Shown: piece by piece, positions 60,384 through 64,000 of the stretch | Layout of the letters: every line of letters starts with the position of its first letter | How positions within the stretch are numbered: the first letter of the stretch is position 1 | NCBI GenBank assembly: GCA_965277285.1 | Contig: OZ255721.1 | Location: 2,048,001-2,112,000, forward strand | Length of the DNA stretch: 64,000 nucleotides | Source: Abditibacteriaceae bacterium | Lineage (GTDB): Bacteria > Armatimonadota > Abditibacteriia > Abditibacteriales > Abditibacteriaceae | Reading direction: 5' to 3' | Program-made: the position numbers and the translations under genes | The notes under the pieces: model-generated | What the model was told of the DNA's origin: nothing | Database searches by the model: none | Seen by the model: the letters and a program-made list of their open reading frames with translations, nothing else

Positions 60384-62045
60384 ATGAAGAAAGTAAAAAC
60401 AACCGAAGTTCCACACCGTTTCTCCCAAAACTGCAATCGCCGTCGCGGTTTCGTGACGCTTTACCTGGCGATGTCCCTTATCGTGCTGCTGGGTATTTCG
60501 TCGCTCGTGGTCGATTTGGGCATTGCTTACCAGAAGCGCTCCTACATGCAAAAAGCCGCCGATGCTGCGGCACTGGCTGGAGCTGCGTATGCCGTTCAGA
60601 ACCAGACTGCCAGCACATCTGACATTACAACAGCGGCATACAACTTTGCTACCACCAATTACGGCTATTCCAACAATAACGCAACGGTAACGGCGACGAT
60701 TCCGACAGGGAACACCGCGGGGAACGGCTCCGTTGTCTTTAGCATCAGTCGCCCACAACCAACGCTTTTCGCGCGTATCTTTCGCATGAGTTTGTTCAAA
60801 GGCGATACGCCGATGACCATTGATGCCACAAATATAGGAGCGACAGCAACTGCAGCATACACTTCAGTAAGCTTCGCATCTGGTACTATTTCAGGGAACA
60901 ATGGTTATGGTCTCAACAGTGTAGCAACGGCTAACTTGAGCGTGTGCGGTCCTCTGGCAGCTACTAACCGAGGCGATAATTATAGCTCTCGTTACACAAC
61001 GTCAGATGGTACGAATACTGGTGCCACCGTATCCGTTAGACCGGACACCCCAGCACAACCAGGTTTTCGTTCGGCAGTTCTGAGACCTGTGGATGACAGG
61101 GATCCAAACGGCTCGCATTATCAACATGCCACTTTCGTAACGGGGGAAAACTTTAAGACTGGCGATGGTTACTATTTTGATCTTGGTCTACCCACCGACG
61201 CTCAAGGTGTTCCCTCCACCGCGCCAGTCTGTTTGCAAATTTTCGATCCTGGTTTGCCCGACGCCAACAAAGACTCCAACGGTAAGTTTTGGAACGAGGC
61301 CACGTCGGGGCAGAACACTACACGCGCCCCAGATGGCTCTTTGCGTGATGTGCCTACAAAGACGCTGTACCAGGTTTGGAATGACAATGGAACACCGGGC
61401 GATATTAGTGACGATACTCGCGTCTTTAGCGGTGTGTATGGAACTGAGTCCACCACTACTGACGTCTACGGCAACCAAGTGTCGGCAAGCCTGAACTGGG
61501 TGAACTCCTGTATCTTGGATCCATCTAAGTTTCCTAAGACCTCCAAGTTCTACATGAACGTTACAGCGGTCGATGGCACCGGAAAAAACGGCTTCAACCT
61601 TCGTTTGAACCGCATTGATCCCAAGACTAACAAGCCTGGTGATACTGATGCGAGTTATGCTGCTGCTGGCGGCAATGGCACATCGGTTACGACGCGAGGT
61701 CTCCTGCCCATCAACTTCTCCTCAAATGGTAGTGCCGACCTCTCGTTAGGCACTATTCCAGCAGGTGCTACTACAATGACGGTAAACCGTTTCGACGTTG
61801 ATGTGGGTACACTTCCAGGAACCAAAATCACTTACATCGATAACAACGGAGTCACGTTTACAGGCTCAACCAGCCTGGGTGGTGGTGGTGCAAATGACCA
61901 ATTCCAACCAGACCCCTACACTTTACCTGCAAATTACCCAGGCGGCACATGGCGCGCAACCTACGCCGCCGGTCAAAGCGACCAGTCGACTTGGACTATG
62001 ACTTATTCCGGTCCGTCCTCCACTAACATTCGCCTGATCGGTTAA
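60384..62045 (+). CDS. TadG-like pseudopilin with long C-terminal beta-rich (adhesin-like) region
   Basis: RRGFVTLY, LVVDLG, MQKAADAAALAGA; Thr/Gly/Asn-rich remainder. Confidence 0.87.
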   Translation: MKKVKTTEVPHRFSQNCNRRRGFVTLYLAMSLIVLLGISSLVVDLGIAYQKRSYMQKAADAAALAGAAYAVQNQTASTSDITTAAYNFATTNYGYSNNNATVTATIPTGNTAGNGSVVFSISRPQPTLFARIFRMSLFKGDTPMTIDATNIGATATAAYTSVSFASGTISGNNGYGLNSVATANLSVCGPLAATNRGDNYSSRYTTSDGTNTGATVSVRPDTPAQPGFRSAVLRPVDDRDPNGSHYQHATFVTGENFKTGDGYYFDLGLPTDAQGVPSTAPVCLQIFDPGLPDANKDSNGKFWNEATSGQNTTRAPDGSLRDVPTKTLYQVWNDNGTPGDISDDTRVFSGVYGTESTTTDVYGNQVSASLNWVNSCILDPSKFPKTSKFYMNVTAVDGTGKNGFNLRLNRIDPKTNKPGDTDASYAAAGGNGTSVTTRGLLPINFSSNGSADLSLGTIPAGATTMTVNRFDVDVGTLPGTKITYIDNNGVTFTGSTSLGGGGANDQFQPDPYTLPANYPGGTWRATYAAGQSDQSTWTMTYSGPSSTNIRLIG

Positions 62046-62060
62046 CTCCCAAGGCGCAAA

Positions 62061-62102
62061 GCAAAAGGTCGAGTACTCGAAAGTGAGTACTCGACCTTTT
62101 GC
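62061..62102. terminator. Terminator-like hairpin built from two 12-mer copies
   Basis: GCAAAAGGTCGAGTACTC-GAAAGT-GAGTACTCGACCTTTTGC, a perfect 18-bp stem 15 nt after the tadG-like stop. Confidence 0.8.
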
Positions 62103-62144
62103 GTCGAAGCCATTTCACAACTGCAGCTAAAAGCTCGAAGCCAG

Positions 62145-62271
62145 CACTTTGTCATTCTGAGCGCAGCGAAGAATCTGGCCTGAAGTTAGATTCTTCGCTG
62201 CGCTCAGAATGACAAAGTGGGAGTTTGGCGCCTCTTCTTTCACTTTGTTTACAACCTCTCAGAATGACAAA
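62145..62271. repeat. GTCATTCTGAG REP doublet followed by an IS-end/REP junction
   Basis: 32-bp perfect arms (62145-62176 / 62188-62219), then CTTTGTTTACAACCTC|TCA|GAATGACAAA. Confidence 0.85.
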
Positions 62272-62326
62272 TTGTTACTTTTCACGCACCACGAACTTTT
62301 CAAATTAATTCTGCGATACGCAAGTC

Positions 62327-63271
62327 TTACTTACCTTCGACGGGAACGGTTCGCAACAATTCTTCGATCAGTTTTTCGGGTGAGAAACCGCCCATGCGCG
62401 CGTCGGGATGCGCGATCAGACGGTGCGACATGACGGGAACGGCGACGACTTTGACATCATCGGGCGTGGCGTAATCGCGGCCTCGCGCGGCAGCCAAAGC
62501 TTGCGACGCGCGTGTTAAAGCCAGAGCGCCGCGCGGACTCAAGCCCAATGCCAGTTGGCGATGACCACGCGTCGCGGCGGCCAGTCGCAAAATGTAATCG
62601 TACAAGTTGTCATGCACGGCGACATTGCGCACGACTTCCTGCATTTCTTTTATTTCGCTCACGTCCGTCACGCTGCTCAGCGTTTCAATTGGGTGCTGTA
62701 AGCGCTGTTGCTTCATCAGCATTCGCTCGGCTTCGGCGCTGGGATAGCCGATGGAAAGGCGCATCGCAAAACGGTCGAGCTGCGATTCGGGCAGCGGATA
62801 AACACCTTCATATTCGGTCGGGTTTTGCGTGGCGATAACGAAAAACGGATCGGGCAATTTGTGCGTTTGCAAATCGGCGGTGACTTGCCCTTCTTCCATG
62901 CACTCCAGCAAAGACGCTTGCGTTTTCGGGTTGGCGCGATTGATTTCGTCAGCCAAAACAACGTGCGCGAAAACCGGCCCTTCGCGGAAACTGAAATTGT
63001 TGTTGTGCTGATCGAAAACAACCGTTCCCGTGATGTCGGACGGCAGCAAATCGGGCGTGAACTGAATGCGCTTGTAGGACGCACCCAGCGTGCGAGCCAG
63101 CGTTTTCGCCAGCATGGTTTTGCCGACGCCTGGGACATCTTCGAGCAAAACGTGTCCGCCTGACAACAACGCGACCAAGCAGCCTTCCACGACGCCGCGT
63201 TTTCCGACGATGACGGTTTCGATGTTACCCATCAGACGCGCCATGACATCCGCAAATTGATTGGTGTCCAT
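62327..63271 (-). CDS. moxR: MoxR-family AAA+ ATPase (second copy)
   Basis: EDVPGVGKT, RIQFTPDLLP, LADEINR, ATQNP, YPLPESQLDRF. Confidence 0.95.
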   Translation of the reverse strand: MDTNQFADVMARLMGNIETVIVGKRGVVEGCLVALLSGGHVLLEDVPGVGKTMLAKTLARTLGASYKRIQFTPDLLPSDITGTVVFDQHNNNFSFREGPVFAHVVLADEINRANPKTQASLLECMEEGQVTADLQTHKLPDPFFVIATQNPTEYEGVYPLPESQLDRFAMRLSIGYPSAEAERMLMKQQRLQHPIETLSSVTDVSEIKEMQEVVRNVAVHDNLYDYILRLAAATRGHRQLALGLSPRGALALTRASQALAAARGRDYATPDDVKVVAVPVMSHRLIAHPDARMGGFSPEKLIEELLRTVPVEGK

Positions 63272-63890
63272 AAATTGCGTGCTTTTTTCCCGAAAAATTA
63301 ACAACAAAGGAGAAATAGATTGGACGATTGAGGCAATTCCATTTTACCACTCGCGCCCGCTATACGCCGCGTTCTCGAAACAACTTTGCCAGAATGGATT
63401 GAAGAAGAAGTTTGTTCTCAAAGTGCGCAGAGAAAGGAGTCGCAAGGTCGTGGAACTCGCAGTTTGTCACGCATCACAAACTTTGCAGACTGATTGTCAA
63501 GCCGTTCGCTACGCCATCACTTCAACAATCGAGTACTCGATGCGGGTCTACTCGATACGCGTCCAAGGCAGTAGCCTGGTGCTGCATTATCTTGAAGAAA
63601 GCTTGGCGTTTATGTAGAATTAACGCATTCTCAAAGTTGCCGTTTCAGGTGCGTCTTGTCAAAGCGCTTTCGCTCAAGCGCCATTGGGTAACGTCCTTTT
63701 CAATCGCTTGACACATCGTTGTTCGCCCACATCGTTATTCGTTCACACCATCTTTTGTGATAGTTTTCGCGCGTAATCGGCTTTGCAGTCGTTCATTCCA
63801 GTCCTTCGATGAACTTTGGTTGTGAAGGCACCGCGAGCCTTTGCCAAAAAAGCATCTGTCGAAAAAACGTTGGCTCGAAAGGAGTTTTTG

Positions 63891-64000
63891 ATGGCTGTTG
63901 CGCCTTATAACTCGTCCGTCATTGCGTCTTCAGCTTCGACTTCGGATCTCGAAGAGACGCGTTCCGGCGGCGTGACATTTCGCGTCGTTTGCTTGTGTCT
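63891..64000 (+). CDS. 5' end of a membrane protein, possibly an OPT/DUF6785-like transporter (truncated by the window)
   Basis: AAGGAG RBS + ATG; MAVAPYNSSVIASSASTSDLEETRSGGVTFRVVCLC. Confidence 0.5.
   Translation, partial: MAVAPYNSSVIASSASTSDLEETRSGGVTFRVVCLC

Larger units (their letters stand above)
655..63540. repeat. Dispersed highly iterated 12-bp palindrome TCGAGTACTCGA (38 perfect copies counted)
   Basis: Starts: 655, 915, 3958, 5017, 6704, 7406, 9675, 10290, 11373, 12795, 14626, 16167, 17020, 19376, 20100, 22309, 23495, 26193, 26883, 30488, 34503, 36207, 37270, 38820, 44016, 47963, 49071, 50465, 51373, 51864, 53817, 54938, 57666, 58104, 58902, 59816, 62069, 63529. Confidence 0.97.

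Noticed and set aside
655..63540. 12-mer as CRISPR repeat, linker/adapter artefact, or a true SlmA/LexA site
   Set aside because: It is dispersed rather than arrayed, keeps reading frames intact in conserved genes and has natural degenerate variants. The flanks differ from the SlmA consensus, and the density is far above that of a regulon operator.
63272..63890. ~620-bp non-coding region as possible riboswitch or ncRNA
   Set aside because: I could not recognise a conserved RNA motif by eye; an Rfam/Infernal scan is needed.

Overview
Bacterial chromosomal window of moderately high GC. Gene content (a DUF1559/H-X9-DG prepilin-like protein, MoxR-DUF58-transglutaminase, a DUF6785-like transporter start) suggests an Armatimonadota/Abditibacteriota-like organism; this is inference. 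From left to right it holds: the 5' end of an IS5-family (IS1031-like) transposase; a response regulator/histidine kinase pair split by a 1.5-kb insert; a DUF58-transglutaminase-MoxR-permease operon; glgA and a large GH13 enzyme; LacI, DUF1559, aldo-keto reductase and polyol dehydrogenase genes; a ~21-kb Wzx/Wzy-type polysaccharide cluster (fcl, two gmd, five hexapeptide acyltransferases); ppa; a PASTA (pseudo)kinase-ECF sigma-anti-sigma-VIT/vWA operon; two Tad pseudopilin blocks around hemL; and a second MoxR. The dominant unexplained signal is a 12-bp palindrome, TCGAGTACTCGA. I counted 38 perfect copies by eye plus about 14 near-copies, roughly one per 1.7 kb, against ~0.004 expected by chance. 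It occurs in all three reading frames (SSTR / EYS / RVL), is enriched at gene boundaries, builds a terminator hairpin, and brackets apparent gene cassettes. It looks like a HIP1/DUS-like highly iterated palindrome system. A second system is a nested set of IS1031-like ends inserted at one fixed TNA site inside a GTCATTCTGAG-family REP, including a MITE that carries new copies of its own target. No rRNA, tRNA or CRISPR array was seen.
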